Shown here: positions 12,012 to 26,516 of the stretch, piece by piece
Layout: each line of letters begins with the position of its first letter
How positions within the stretch are numbered: the first letter of the stretch is position 1
NCBI GenBank assembly: GCA_951406725.2
Contig: OX597833.1
Coordinates: 13,702,001-13,766,000, forward strand
From: Octopus vulgaris
Lineage: Eukaryota
Direction: 5' to 3'
DNA length: 64,000 bases
Notes under the pieces: model-generated
What the model was told of the DNA's origin: nothing
Databases searched by the model: none
Seen by the model: the letters and a program-made list of their open reading frames with translations, nothing else
Position numbers and translations under genes: made by a program

Positions 12012-13202
12012 TTAATCCTTTTGCATTTAAACCAACCATCGCTGGCTGGATCTGGCCTCTCACACCAATCCTACACGGTCATTCTAAAAATAAACAATCA
12101 CATCATTGAAATCCCGAAGCTATGGTAGGGTCTGATATAAAACTTTAGTGTTTAAAATGACTCATTCTGATAGAAATAACAGCCATATCTGGATCAAATA
12201 TTCTATCTGTTTTATGTCCAAACTGGCCAGATCCAGCCTCTTACACCTACCCTACAATGTCATTCTAAAAATAAACAATCACATCATTGAAATCTTGAAG
12301 CTATGGTAGGGTCTGATATAAAACTTTAGTGTTTAAAATGACTCATTCTGATAGAAATAACAGCCATATCTGGATCAAATATTCTATCTGCTTTATGTCC
12401 AAACTGGCCGGATCCAGCCTCTTACACCTACCCTACAATGTCATTCTAAAAATAAACAATCACATCATTGAAATCTTGAAGCTATGGTAGGGTCTGATAT
12501 AAAACTTTAGTGTTTAAAATGACTCATTCTGATAGAAATAACAGCCATATCTGGATCAAATATTCTATCTGTTTTATGTCCAAACTGGCCAGATCCAGCC
12601 TCTTACACCTACCCTACAATGTCATTCTAAAAATAAACAATTGCATCATTGAAATCCCGAAGCTATGGTAGGGTCTGATATAAAACTTTAGTGTTTAAAA
12701 TGACTCATTCTGATAGAAATAACAGCCATATCTGGATCAAATATTCTATCTGCTTTATGTCCAAACTGGCCGGATCCAGCCTCTTACACCTACCCTACAA
12801 TGTCATTCTAAAAATAAACAATCACATCATTGAAATCTTGAAGCTATGGTAGGGTCTGATATAAAACTTTAGTGTTTAAAATGATTCATTCTGATAGAAA
12901 TAACAGCCATATCTGGATCAAATATTCTATCTGCTTTATGTCCAAAGTGGCCAGATCCAGCCTCTCACACCTACCCTACAATGTCATTCTAAAAATAAAC
13001 AGTCACATCATTGAAAACTTGAAGCTATGGCGGGGTATAATTTAACTTTTCAAAATTTAAACCCACCATATTTGGCCCAAGTATTCTACCTATTTCTACT
13101 TGCTTCTTCTTCAAACTAGCTAGATCCAGCCTCTCACACCTGCCCTACACTGTCATTCTAAAAACAAACAAACACATCGTAATTTGAATGCTAAGGGGTT
13201 AC
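12012..13202. repeat. 181-bp tandem array (about 6 units) inside a TTAA/piggyBac-like MITE
   Basis: Marker tatgg recurs at 12121, 12302, 12483, 12664, 12845 and 13026. Outer ends are ttaatccttttgcatttaaa and tttgaatgctaaggggtta. The same core is dispersed at about 16150-16480, 36340-36575 (-) and 58320-58471 (-). Confidence 0.85.
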
Positions 13203-14189
13203 ACAATTTAAGGGATTCAAAACATCAGTCACTTAAGGCACGAGATTTTAGTCATAACTGGAAGAAGTAAAGTCATGGGAAGCTGTGGTGTTCATGCCCT
13301 AGTGACCAAATGAATATTCAAATTGGATGGTGGGTTTTGAACACATTGTTAGTTATTAGTATTATCAGCTTTAATATAAGCTTAAGGCTACTAATTGAAT
13401 CTGGTACCGGACTGGTATTCATTGCATTGACTTAGCAAGGATGAAAGTAAAAAAAAAAATGAATCTTGCAAGAATTGAACTGAGAACCTAGAGGATCGTT
13501 ACTGTAATACTGTAATACACTTTACTCACCCCTCTACTGTTATTTCCATCCACTGCACTAATTAATTAACAAAAACTAACAACAAAAACAACAACAAACG
13601 AATAACTCATATAGGCACAAAGTCATCAAGGTAACTCGTTAAGTTAACCTCATTAGGATTTGAATTTTGAACATAGAGGATGTCAACTAATAAAGGTTTC
13701 ATATTTTGAAACAAGGCCTGTAATTTTGAGGGTGGCGGGGTAAGTTAATTACATCAACCTACCCCCCTTTCCCAGTTAACTAGAACTTGCTTTATCGACC
13801 CCTGAAAGGATGAAAAGCCAAGTCAACCGGGGTAGAATTGGAACCTGGAATGTAGAGAGCTGGAAGCAATTTTGTCGACTCCATCTCATTAAGGATTCCA
13901 CCAGCTCACCTCCTTTATTAGTTCAACTAACAATGATGATAATTACCAATAACAAGAATAATTTCAATAACGAGCTTCAAGTAGATCATTTTTTTTTATT
14001 TAACCCTTTTTATACCGATATTTCTAAAACTACTTCTCACTTCTATGGAAACGATACCTCTTAATTTAAATTTTAGAGCTCATATTTGCATAGCTATTTA
14101 AATTAAAAACTGATCGTTATCATTTTATATAAGAACCCTCTCATTAAATTACATCCCAAACACCCTCTTTTTTTTTTTCCAGAAATGTT

Positions 14190-14430
14190 TTTTTCATGCT
14201 CAGAATCGCTGAAGCATGGAACAAACTACCCACATTAGTAGTCAGCTGTCAAGACACTTCACCCTTCTAACCTTCCATGGTTCCTGAAATTCGCCAAGAC
14301 ATCGGATGTCCACTCCCAACAACAACTCCTTCACTGTCCCCTTTCTGTGCCTTATTTCTGTCTACTCTTCATGCACTTTGGGCTCTTTTTTCTGATGATT
14401 TGTAGTGCAACTGAGCCCTGTATACAATAA
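14190..14430 (+). mobile_element. CR1/L2-like LINE 3' end
   Basis: FFMLRIAEAWNKLPTLVVSC matches the typical F..R....WN.LP..VV terminus; ends in a microsatellite tail. Confidence 0.6.
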
Positions 14431-14453
14431 GCTCATTATCATCATCATCAGCA

Positions 14454-14497
<44 letters not shown>

Positions 14498-17479
14498 TTA
14501 GTGACTTCAGGATTTGGCACAAACCAGCAAATTTCGGAGGGGATGTGGGTTAGTCAATTACATTGACTCCAATGCGTGACTGGTATTTTATTTTATCGAC
14601 CCTGAAAGAATGAAGGGCAAAGTCAACCCTGGCAGCATTTGAACTCAGAATGTAAAGTCTGAACAAAGAATAGGTCCCAGGCTTTAAAAACAATCTAAAA
14701 AAAAACCCCTCAAAAAACTATATACTGGGGTAGATACATTCAACTAAAAAAAACTTTTCATGGCAGTGCCCCAGAATGGCCGCAGTCTGATGTCTGAAAC
14801 AATTAAATGGCAAAACATAAAAAATAATGGGATAACACACCTGTAATCAGGTAACAATGCTTTCATGATTCTGATGACCTACAGCCAAGAATTCTTTTTA
14901 ATTTTGCCAGAAAGCCAACAATTTAGAAAAGAGCGGGGGTTAAGTCGATACCATTCACCCTAGTACTTTGTAGGTACTTTATTTTATCAACTTTGAAGGG
15001 ACGAGAGACGAAGTTGATGCTGGAAGGGTTTGAGCGCAGAACGTGATGAACGGACATGAATATCATGGCACAAAGTATTTCTTCCAACGCTCTTCTGATT
15101 CTGCTAGTAAAATAATTCTTTCTAATGTGTATATGTGTGTGTGTGTGTATGGTGGGGTAGCTTAATACCAACTGACTCTAGTTCTAGCAAAGTACGAGTA
15201 TTTAAAGTACTGGTACTTAACTTTATTGACCTCAAAAAGATGAAAGGCAAAGCTGACCTAGGTAAGATTTGAACTCACGACACGAGTCACAAAGCTTTTT
15301 TTTCTGGCACTCTAATGATTCAGCCAACTAGCCTCTTTAACCTACTGCGAAAAAATTCTAATTTTAGCACAAGGCCTGGAATTTTGACTTAGGGGATGAG
15401 AGCAGGTCAATGACATCTCCAATACTTGATAAGTACTTTAATTTATCGACCCCGAAAGGATGAAAGGCAAAGTCGACCACAGCAGGATTTGAACTCAGAA
15501 CACAGAGGGCCAAAAGAAATGTTGCAAAGCATTTTTCCGATGCTCAAACACATCTCACCAAGTATAACACTTGTTTGTACTTCAGGCACAGGGTTAACAA
15601 TTTTGAGGGGAGGGGCATGTTGATTACATCAACTTCAGCGAATGGCCCCAAAGGAATGGAAAGGCAAAGCTGGCCTCAACAATAATTGAACTCAGAATGA
15701 AAAGGGCTAAAACAAATACCAAAAGGTATTTATTTATTTATTTTTTTTTTGTTCTGACGGTCCAGTGACCCTACCAACTGACAGCCCTTAATAACAGTTT
15801 CTTGTATAGGCACAAGGCCAGAAATGCAGGGGCAGCAGGGGGAGGGGGAGCAGCAGAGGGGTCAAGGGCTAGTCAGTTAAATCGATCTGGACTATTTCAC
15901 TGGCACTTTATTCAATCAACCAAGGAGGAATCAAAGGCAAAGCTGACCTTGGTAGGACTTGAACTCAGAACATTAAGGAGCTGGAGCGCACATCGCATGG
16001 CATTGCACCTGACGCTAACAATTCTGCCAACAACAACAGTAAAGATGTTTAGACTTGTATCCCCAAGGAGACAAAACATATCAAACCTGAATGTCCTGGT
16101 CCCTACAATACACATGACTCCCTTATACTGGAAGAGGGTTTCTATGTAATCACTCATCCTGATAGAAATAACAGCCATATCTGGATCAAATATTCTATCT
16201 GCTTTATGTTCAAACTGGCCAGATCCAGCTTCTTACACCCACCCTACAATGTCATTCCAAAAATAAACAATCACATCATTGAAATCTCGAAGCTAAGGTA
16301 GGATCTGATATAAAATTTTAGTGTTTAAAACGACTGCAACCAGCCAAGATATCCTACATGTTCTATGTTCAAACTGGCCGGATCCGGCCTCTTACACCCA
16401 CCCTTCAATGTCATTCTAAAAATAAACAATCACATCATTGAAATCTGAAAACTATGAGATGATTCGTGATTGGTTAAAAATGATGTGAATAAATAAAGCA
16501 TAACAGTTGACAGAGCCATCCGGACGCTGGAGAGTTAAAAACGCTGAAGTTAAAAAAAAAGGGTACCAATATCCTATTTCAAGGCGCTAAACATAGAGGG
16601 GACAAACAAGGACAGACAAACCGATTAAGTTGATTATATCGACCCCAGTGCGTAACTGGTACTTATTTAATCGACCCTGAAAGGATGAAAGGCAAAGTCG
16701 ACCTCGGCGGAATTTGAACACAGAACGTAGCAGCATTTCGCCCGGTGCACTAGCATTTCTTAGTTCTTTATTGCCCACAAGGGGCTAAACATAGAGGGGA
16801 CAAACAAGGACAGACAAACGGATTAAGTCGATTATATTGACCCCAGTGCATAACTGGTACTTATTTAATCGACCCTGAAAGGATGAAAGGCAAAGTCGAC
16901 CTCAGCGGAATTTGAACTCAGAACGTAGCGGCAGGTGAAATACCGCTAAGCATTTCGCCCGGTGTGCTTAACATTTCTGCTAGCTAGCTGCCTTTTCTAA
17001 GGGTACCAATATCCACCCTACTTTGAAAGGGATGCAAGGAGGAATGTTAAAGACCACCCCCGAAAGGGGTGGTAGCCTAAACTATTAGGAAAAAGGGAAT
17101 AAAATAAAGAATAATTTAACAGCAAAGTAAAAGACCAGAAAAATTCTGCTTGTTGCTATGTTTCAGCTGTGTCTTTGCCCTAAACCAGTCCATACCACTT
17201 TCTGTTAAAACTGTACAACAACAACAACTGTAGCATCAACATCAACAATTAAAAAAAAAAAAAAAAATTTTTTTTTTTTATATAGGGATAGAGCAGGAAG
17301 GGGTAGGTGCTGAAAATGGGTGAGCGAGGCCTTAATGAATTTTCCAGGAACAACAGTTAACCAGTATCGTCCCGTCCCTCGTCATCGTGGTGAAGAGCAG
17401 CAGTTAGCAAGAGAGGGGGTTTCCCCCCCACACTAGGGAAAGAAAGAAGCATGGGAATGAAGTGAAGTGAAATGGTCCT

Positions 17480-18027
17480 GGAAGAAGGAGAAGGAGGAGG
17501 AGGAGGAGAAGAAGACGAAGAGAGGAGGAGGAAGAAGACGAAGGAGGAGAAGAGGAAGAAGAAGAAGAAGAAGAAGGAGAAGACGAAGAAGAGGAGGAGG
17601 AAGAAGAAGAAGATGAAGGAGGAGAAGAGGAAGGAGGAGGAGGGGGAGGAGAAGAAGAAGAAGGAGGAGAAGAAGAGGAAGAAGGAGAAGAAGAGGAAGA
17701 AGAAAAAGAAGGAGAAGAAGGAGAAGAAGGAGAAGAAGAAGGAGAAGAAGGGGAAGAAGAAGGAGAAGAAGGAGAAGAAGAAGGAGAAGAAGGGGAAGAA
17801 GAAGGAGAAGAAGAAGGAGAAGAAGAAGAAGGAGAAGAAGGAGAAGAAGAAGGAGAAGGAGAAGAAGAAGGAGAAGAAGGGGAAGAAGAAGAAGGAGAAG
17901 AAGGAGAAGAAGAAGGAGAAGAAGAAGAAGGAGAAGAAGGGGAAGAAGAAGAAGAAGGAGAAGAAGAAGAAGAAGGAAAAGAAGAAGAAGAAGGAAAAGA
18001 AGAAGAAGAAGGAAGGGAGGGAGGGAG
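17480..18027 (+). repeat. Polypurine (GAA/GAG)n tract
   Basis: About 545 bp almost free of pyrimidines; similar tracts at about 46890-47368 and 49575-50410. Confidence 0.9.
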
Positions 18028-18314
18028 TGTGGTCTGAGATGTAAAATAAAGAATTCCTAAATGACTCTGAAAGTTCTCAGAGTCCATCAGGAGAGAAAAG
18101 CACTTCTCCATCATTGAACAGTTCCTCCTCCTCATCATCGTTTTACAATATTATTTTACATTTTAGAGGGGGGGGGAGGTCGAAGGGGTGTTTAAGAAAC
18201 ATTCAACACCTCTTGTATCCTAGTGTGTGATAGTGTATATGTGTGTGTGTGTGACGTGTAGTTATGTGTGACATACTGATGTGGAGGGCTGACTCTGGAT
18301 GTATGATGTCTTTA

Positions 18315-19219
18315 CATATATATACATACACACACACAAATATACATATATATATGCACATATATATACACATACATACATATATATATATGCACATATA
18401 TATATACACATACATACATACACACATATATATATATGCACATACATACATACACACATATATATGCACATACATACATACATTATATATATATATATAC
18501 CACACGCATGCACACACACATCTAATAAATATATATATGATATATAAGTGTTTATATATGTATGTATGTATGAATATATATATATATATATATTAATACA
18601 CACACATATATATATACGTATACATATTCATAATATATATATATATATATATATGATACATAAATATATATTTGTATAATATAAAATATATATGTAAAAA
18701 CCACCAAAATAAAGAGGTGAGGAGGAACATTTAAAAGAAGGGATCTTAGTTTTTTTCTATCTGGTGGTGGTGGTGTTAGTTGTAGTAGTAGCAGTAGTAT
18801 TAGTAGCAGTAGTAGTAGTAGTAGTAGTAGAGGAAAAGACTGTAATGGTGGTGGCTTATAGAAATTGACTTTAAAGAGAGGAGTCTTGGTGGTGGTGGTG
18901 TGTGTGTGTGTGTGTGGGGTGTGTTCCCTTCAACCAGAAGAACAAGAAAAACAAAAAGAAAAAGAAAAAAAGAAAAGGAAAACAACAATAAATTATTGTT
19001 GTTGTTGATGTTAGTATAATTTCAAGTCTATTGATGACGTCAGCAGCAGTAGTGATGAGGGAGGGGGGTGGGGGGTTAAAAATTAAAAAAATAAAATAAC
19101 ATTTCACCAAACCTCAATGATCCAAGTCCACCATGACCACCACCACCACCATGACCCACCAGCACCAGCACCTCCTTTCACACAGGTATTAATGATAAAT
19201 TGGCTTTAAGACAAACTGA

Positions 19220-19252
<33 letters not shown>

Positions 19253-19703
19253 CATACACATATATGTATACATATATATATATATATGTGTATAGATAGA
19301 CACAAGCACACATGCACATACAAGCACTCACAGATTTGTGGGTGTGTGTGTATACACACACACATATATACATACACATATACATGCATGCATATATATA
19401 TACATATGCATACATATATATCCATACACATACACACACATATATATGCATACATACATATATATCCATACACATATACATATATATTTATATATACATA
19501 TATACATACATATATATATATACATATATACATACATACATATATACATACACATATACATACATACATATATACATACATACATATATACATACATACA
19601 TATATACATACATACATATATACATACATACATATATACATACATACCTATATACATACACATATACATACATATATACATACATACATATATACATACA
19701 TAT

Positions 19704-19748
<45 letters not shown>

Positions 19749-20524
19749 TACATACACAGATAAACATCCATGCACACACACACATATATATGATATATAT
19801 ATATATCCATACATATACACATGCATACACATATATCCACACATATACACACACACGCACATGCATATAGAGACACACACGTATAGATATAAATATAAAT
19901 ACACAGACACACACACCCACACTCACACGTACACAACACAACGCAACACCACATACATACATACATACATACACGCACACACCATTTCTCGAAACATCGT
20001 TTTGACCTTCCTCTGGGCGAAAACTGACACGTGTGAGGTCACCACCGTAGTTTTTTGAAAATATAAGCCATGACACAACATGCAGGTTGCACTTCCGCAG
20101 AAGAATGGGGGTAACACTGAAATACTACCAAGTATGTCAGAGGTCGCGTGACTGTTTTTTTTTTTAAAGGAACACAGGATCTTATCATGTTTTTTTTGGT
20201 GTTTTTTTTTTTACAAGCAACCATAAAGCACAATTCTTATTTTGAAGCAAATTAATAAGGTTCTGTTTTTTTTTTCTCTTTCTTTTTTAAGCAATTAGTT
20301 AAAGTCTTTTCATGTTTTTTGTGAGGGTTTTTTTTTTTTTGCCCTGGCCCTCCCGCCTTCTCTCTCTCTTTCCCCATCTCCATCTCACTTTTCCTTTCTT
20401 TTCTTTATTTTTCCTGTTCTGCATGTACACACACACACACACACACACACATATTTGTATCTCTTCATCATTATTTGAAGTCCATGTTCCATGCTGGCAT
20501 ACACACACACAGACAATGTGTTTG

Positions 20525-20562
<38 letters not shown>

Positions 20563-20712
20563 TATATGCATATATATATCCAAATACATATGCATATATA
20601 TATATATATATATACACATATATATATACATACATATATATATATGCATATATATATATATACATATGCATATATATATATATATATACATATATACATA
20701 TATACATACATA

Positions 20713-20748
<36 letters not shown>

Positions 20749-20816
20749 CATATATACATACATACATATATACATACATATATATATATACATACATATA
20801 TATATATATACATACA

Positions 20817-20856
<40 letters not shown>

Positions 20857-21224
20857 CATACATATATATATATATATACATACATATATATATATATACA
20901 TTAATTAATTATATACATACATATATATATATACATACATACATACATATATATACATACATACATACATACATACATATACATACATACATATATATAT
21001 ACATACATACATACATATATATACATACATACATATATACATACATACATACATACATATATACATACATACATATATATATACATACATACATATATAT
21101 ATACATACATACATATATATATACATACATACATATATATATACATACATATATATATACATACATATATATATACATACATATATATATACATACATAT
21201 ATATATACATACATATATATATAC

Positions 21225-21296
<72 letters not shown>

Positions 21297-21440
21297 TATA
21301 TATATATGCATATATACATATATATATGCATATATGCATATGCATATATACATATATATATGCATATATATATATATATCCATATATATGCATATATATA
21401 AATATATATAAAAAAGCATATATATATATATATATATATA
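18315..21440. repeat. Very long (TA)n/(TACA)n microsatellite fields downstream of the rost stop codon
   Basis: Blocks at about 18315-18690, 19237-19980 and 20525-21440. Confidence 0.9.
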
Positions 21441-21917
21441 TTTTCATACTGCAATCCAAAGGTTAATGTGTCCTCGTTAGACAGTACTTACTGTCTACTA
21501 GTATCACTTGGAATTTAGTAAAGAAACATCCACCCAGCCCACACACACACACACACACACACACCGTCTCATAGTAACCTACCTACCTATATTTCATTGC
21601 CTACACTTTCATACCAAACTCCAAAATGACCATGCCTTTGGGAGTCGCCACCCTCACGGACATCACGTCATGTCTGACTCCAAATACTGCAAAAGCACGA
21701 AACCCTCGCACCCACGACAAGCACCACCCACCCATCGCCCACCTGGCATCAAACTCTTCACAAAAAAAAAATAAAAAAAAAAAAAATAAAGAATCTTCCA
21801 CCCTTTTCCTAATGCTGCCCAAAGAGTCTCACTTAACCAAACCAAAACACAAACCCACCCTCCCCCTTGCGAGGCCCATCGCTCGCTCTCTTTTTTCCCC
21901 GCCATTGCTTCTGGTCA

Positions 21918-22396
21918 TCAGTGGATATTGTTGCTCGCTGTTACGGCCCCGGCCGTGCTGCTACTGCCGTCCAGTTGAGAATCGGTGGCAAGATACGTGG
22001 TGGAGTCTGCGCTCATGATGCTCTGCATCTCCGAGTCGTGTTCGGGCAGCTGCTCGTGCGGCTCGTAGAACCTCGAGTGCAGCCAAACGCGCGCCGCGGC
22101 CAAGTGGTAGAGGACGATCTGGCTGAAGATGGTCTGTGCTATGCAAAGGATGCACGTGACAATGGCCTCGGCTGGCACATTCCAGTTCAGCACGTTGTAA
22201 GCATAGTGCCGTCCGTCCAGGATGGTGCCGTCGTTCAGGAAGTAGGTGGCGTTGAAGATGGCGTAGATGGAGCCGAGCATCACTGGGAAGAGCATGTGGA
22301 AGATACGGATGGGTCTTGAGGCGATCATGAGGTCAAGGATGACGTACACCGTGTTGAGCATGTGCTTCATTTTGCTCATGTTGGTCATTAGGAACT
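21918..22396 (-). CDS. rost: Terminal coding exon of a rolling stone-like multi-pass membrane protein
   Basis: Translates to (K)FLMTNMSKMKHMLNTVYVILDLMIASRPIRIFHMLFPVMLGSIYAIFNATYFLNDGTILDGRHYAYNVLNWNVP...NNIH*, matching the rolling stone C-terminal pattern (H..N.V...D......P.R..H ... G..Y.Y..L.W..P). GC/CpG-rich codon usage contrasts with the flanks. Polypyrimidine tract plus ccacag acceptor (AG at 22398-22397); phase 1 joins the upstream exon as AAG (Lys). Confidence 0.9.
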
Positions 22397-24836
22397 CTGT
22401 GGAAAGAGAGAGAGAGAGAAAAGAGAAAGAGGATGAGATACTGAGAAAAAAGAGAGAGAGAGAGGGTGTGTGTGTGTAGTGATAAGCGGGAGGAGGAGGA
22501 GGAGGTAGTAATGTGTGAAGGAGAGGAAGGAGGAAAGTGACCAAGAGTGGAGGAGAGGGATGAGGGTGGTGAAGTGTGGAGGTGAGGGTGGAGGGGATGA
22601 AATTCCAGGAAGGAGAAGGTGGGGGTTGGGGTGCAAAAACGGGGAGGGGTAATGGTGATGTGTAAAGGAGGAGAAGGAAGAGGAAGGAAATGTACAAAAA
22701 GGAGCAGGAAGAGGGTATATATATATATATATATATATCAATATCATCATCGTTTAACATCCACTTTCCATGCTAGCATGGGTTGGAGGGTTTGACTGAG
22801 GGCTGGCGAACCAGGTGGCTGCACCAGGCTCCAGTCTTGATCTGGCAGAGTTTCTACAGCTGGATGCCCTTCCTAATGCCAACCATTCCGAGAGTGTAGC
22901 GGGTGCTTCTTACGTGCCACTGGCACAGGGGCCAGTAAGGCGGTACTGGCAACGACCTCGCTTGAATCTTTTTACACATGCCACCAGCATATATATATAG
23001 GAGGGAGTGGAGGTGGGCCAAAGATGAGGTGTGGGGTAGCAAGGTGAATGAGAGGAGAAGGAGAGTGTTAAATGTGAGGGAGGTTGCCTGCTGTAGTTTT
23101 TATTAAACCCTGGTTCAATCCTGATGTAAAGGACCCATGGTCAAAGTGTTGACTGCCTTATCTGCTATTTTTCCGACACAGTGTACCTAGGACTATGTCT
23201 GGTGGATGGTCCCTGGTTTGCCAATTCCAGGGTTTTGAGGAGTACAGAACCACTTCTTAGCTGCCACTGTTCCCCAGTGGTACCCTGAACTGGAGTAGCA
23301 CCTCCTATCAGGGTCCCAGCTATGAGTCAATTAGCATGTTATGGGAGAAAATAGCCAACAGAAATACCTACTGTCTTGTGAGTGTCTGGGTAAAGGAAAA
23401 GGCTAAGAGGGGTCACCCCTGACAGCAAGTGAAGGAGTGGTGTTGCTCAAGTGGTTTACTGTCCTCTCTTTACTCTTTTACTTGTTTCAGTCATTTGACT
23501 GCGGCCATGCTGGAGCACCGCCTTTAGTCGAGCAAATCAACCCCGGGACTTATTCTTATGTAAGCCCAGTACTTATTCTATCGGTCTCTTTTGCCGAACA
23601 CACCAGCATCGGTTGTCAAGCAATGCTAGGGGGACACACACAGACACACAAACACACACACAGATACACAAACACACACACATACATACGACAGGCTTCT
23701 TTCAGTTTCCGTCTACCAAATCCACTCACAAGGCATTGGTCGGGCCGGGGCTATAGCAGAAGACACTTGCCCAAGATGCCACGCAGTGGGACTGAACCCG
23801 GAACCATGTGATTGGTTAGCAAGCTACTTACCACACAGCCACTCCTGTGCCTGAAACCCTTCTGATTACTTCAGGGAAAGGTAGAGCTTTCCAGCCTTGG
23901 AAAGTAATTGACCAAGGAGAAGGCCACTCCAATCTAAAACGTGTGATCGTTGCCAGCGTCGCCTTACTGGCACGTGAAAAACAACATTCGAGTGTGGTCA
24001 CTGCCAGCGCCGCTGGACTGGCTACCATTCAGGTAGCACATAAAAAACACCTTTTGAGCGTGGTCATTGCCAGAACCACTGACTGGCCCTTGTGCCAGTG
24101 GGTTGTAAAAGCACCCACTATACTCTCGAAGTGGTTGGCGTTAGAAAGGGCATCCAGCTGTAGAAACTCTGCCAAATCAAGACTGGAGCCTGGTGCAGCC
24201 ATCTGGTTCACCAGCCCTCAGTCAAATCATCCAACCCATGCTAGCATGGAAAGCAAACGTTAAACAATGATGATGATGATGATGATAGTGATGATGATGT
24301 GAATCAATATGCATTAGATTTGACAGGATAATCTGAGTGTTAAAGGGTTAAGCTAATCTGGAGCGGGAATTAGTTACAGAAACAAATACCAATATTTGAA
24401 AACAATAACATAAAACATTATACAAATAACAAAGAAATTGAAAACAAATTTATGCAAATGATTAAAACAAACATAAATAATTTAAAGATGATAAAATATA
24501 AATGGGTCTGTATACAGGTTCAGGCATGGCTGTGTGGTTAGAAGCTTGCCTCCCAATCACAAGGTTCCGGGTTCAGTTTCACTGTGTGGCATCTTGGGCA
24601 AGTGTCTTTTACTATAGTGTCAGGCCAGCCAAAGCCTTGTGAGTGGATTTGGTAGATGGAAAATTGAAAGAAGCCAGTCATGGCTGTGTGGTAAGTAGCT
24701 TGTTTACCAGCCACATGGTTCCAGGTTCAGTCCCACTGCGTGGCACCTTGGGCAAGTGTCTTCTACTATAGCCTTGGGGTGACCAAAGCCTTGTGAGTGG
24801 ATTTGGTAGACGGAAACTGAAAAGAAGCCCGGCGTA

Positions 24837-24892
<56 letters not shown>

Positions 24893-26484
24893 TGTGTGTG
24901 TTTGTGTGCGTGTGTGTTTGTCCCCCTAGCATTGCTTGACAACCAATTCTGGCGTGTTTATGTCCCCGTTACTTAGCGGTTCGGCAAAAGAGACCTATAG
25001 AATAAGTACTGGGCTTACAAAAGAATAAGTCCCGGGGTTGAGTTGCTCGATAAAATGCAGTGCTCCAGCATGGCCGCAGTCAAATGACTGAAACAAGTAA
25101 AAGAGTAAAAGATATATATATATATATGTACACGATGGGCTCATAAAGTGGCACGTAAAAGCAGCTCTGTGGTGCAATGTAAAAGCACCCACGTGGTGTC
25201 ACATAAAAGTGCCTGTGCCATGTAAAAGCACCCATGCTGTGCCACATAAAAGCACCCAGCACACTGTGTAAATGGTTAGCTTTACGAAAGGCGGCTTCGA
25301 GCTGTGGAAACCATGTCAAATCAGAGTGGAGCCCAGCTCTGCTCAAACCTATTTCTTTACTACCCACAAGGGGCTAAACACAGAGAGGACAAACAAGGAC
25401 AGACAAACGGATTAAGTCAATTATATCGACCCCCCCCCAGTGCGTAACTGGTACTTAATTTATCGACCCCGAAAGGATGAAAGGCAAAGTTGACCTCGGC
25501 GGAATTTGAACTCAGAACGTAGCGGCAGATGAAATACCTATTTCTTTACTACCCACAAGGGGCTAATCACAGAGGGGACAAACAAGGACAGACAAACGGA
25601 TTAAGTCGATTATATCGACCCCAGTGTGTAACTGGTACTTATTTAATCGACCCCGAAAGGATAAGAGGCAAAGTCGACCTCGGCGGAATTTGAACTCAGA
25701 ACGTAACGGCAGACGAAAAACCTATTTCTTTACTACCCACAAGGGGCTAAACACAGAGGGGACAAACAAGGACAGACAAACGGATTAAGTCGATTATATC
25801 GACCCCAGTGCGTAACTGGTACTTATTTAATCGACCCCGAAAGGATGAAAGGCAAAGTTTATCAGGTACACACACACACACAAATGTATATTCTTTCTTT
25901 TACTTGTTTCAGTCTGCGGCCATGCTGGAGCACCGCCTTTAGTCGACTCAAATCGACCCCAGGACTTATTCTTTGTAAGCCTAGTACTTATTCTATCGGT
26001 CTCTTTTGCCGAACCACTAAGTTACGGGGACCTAAACACACCAGCATCAGTTGTCAAGCAATGTTGGGGGGACAAACACAGATACCAGATGGCTGCACCA
26101 GGCTCCAATCTTGATCTGGCAGAGTTTCTACAGCTCGATGCCCTTCCTAACGCTAACCACTTTGAGAGTATAGTGGGTGCTTTTACATGCCACTGGCAAA
26201 AGGGCCAGTCAGTGGTTCTGGCAATGACCACACTCAAAAGGTGTTTTTTATGTGCTACCTGGGGGGACAAACACAGACAAACACACACACACACATATAT
26301 ATAAATATACGACGGGCTTCTTTAAATTTCCCTCTACCAAATCCACGGCGGAATTTGAACACAGAACGTAAAAACGGGACGAAATACGGCTTCGCATTTC
26401 GCCCGGTGTGCTTACGTTTCTGCCAGCTCTGCTCAAACCGTCCAACCCATGCCAGCATGGAAAACAGACGTTAAACGATGATAC

Positions 26485-26516
<32 letters not shown>

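Noticed and set aside
12012-13202. Regular repeats as a possible CRISPR array (also 62478-62675 and the family 3 subunits)
   Set aside because: Units are contiguous with no unique spacers, there are no cas genes, and the context is eukaryotic.
17053-17073. GC-rich hairpin accacccc-cgaaa-ggggtggt
   Set aside because: An isolated 8-bp stem without Helitron CTRR context or any other supporting element.
17404-18138. Poly-Lys/Glu and poly-Ser/Pro ORFs (also 46816-47511)
   Set aside because: Polypurine tracts lack stop codons by composition.
21867-22319. 150-aa plus-strand ORF
   Set aside because: Antisense shadow of the GC-rich rost terminal exon.
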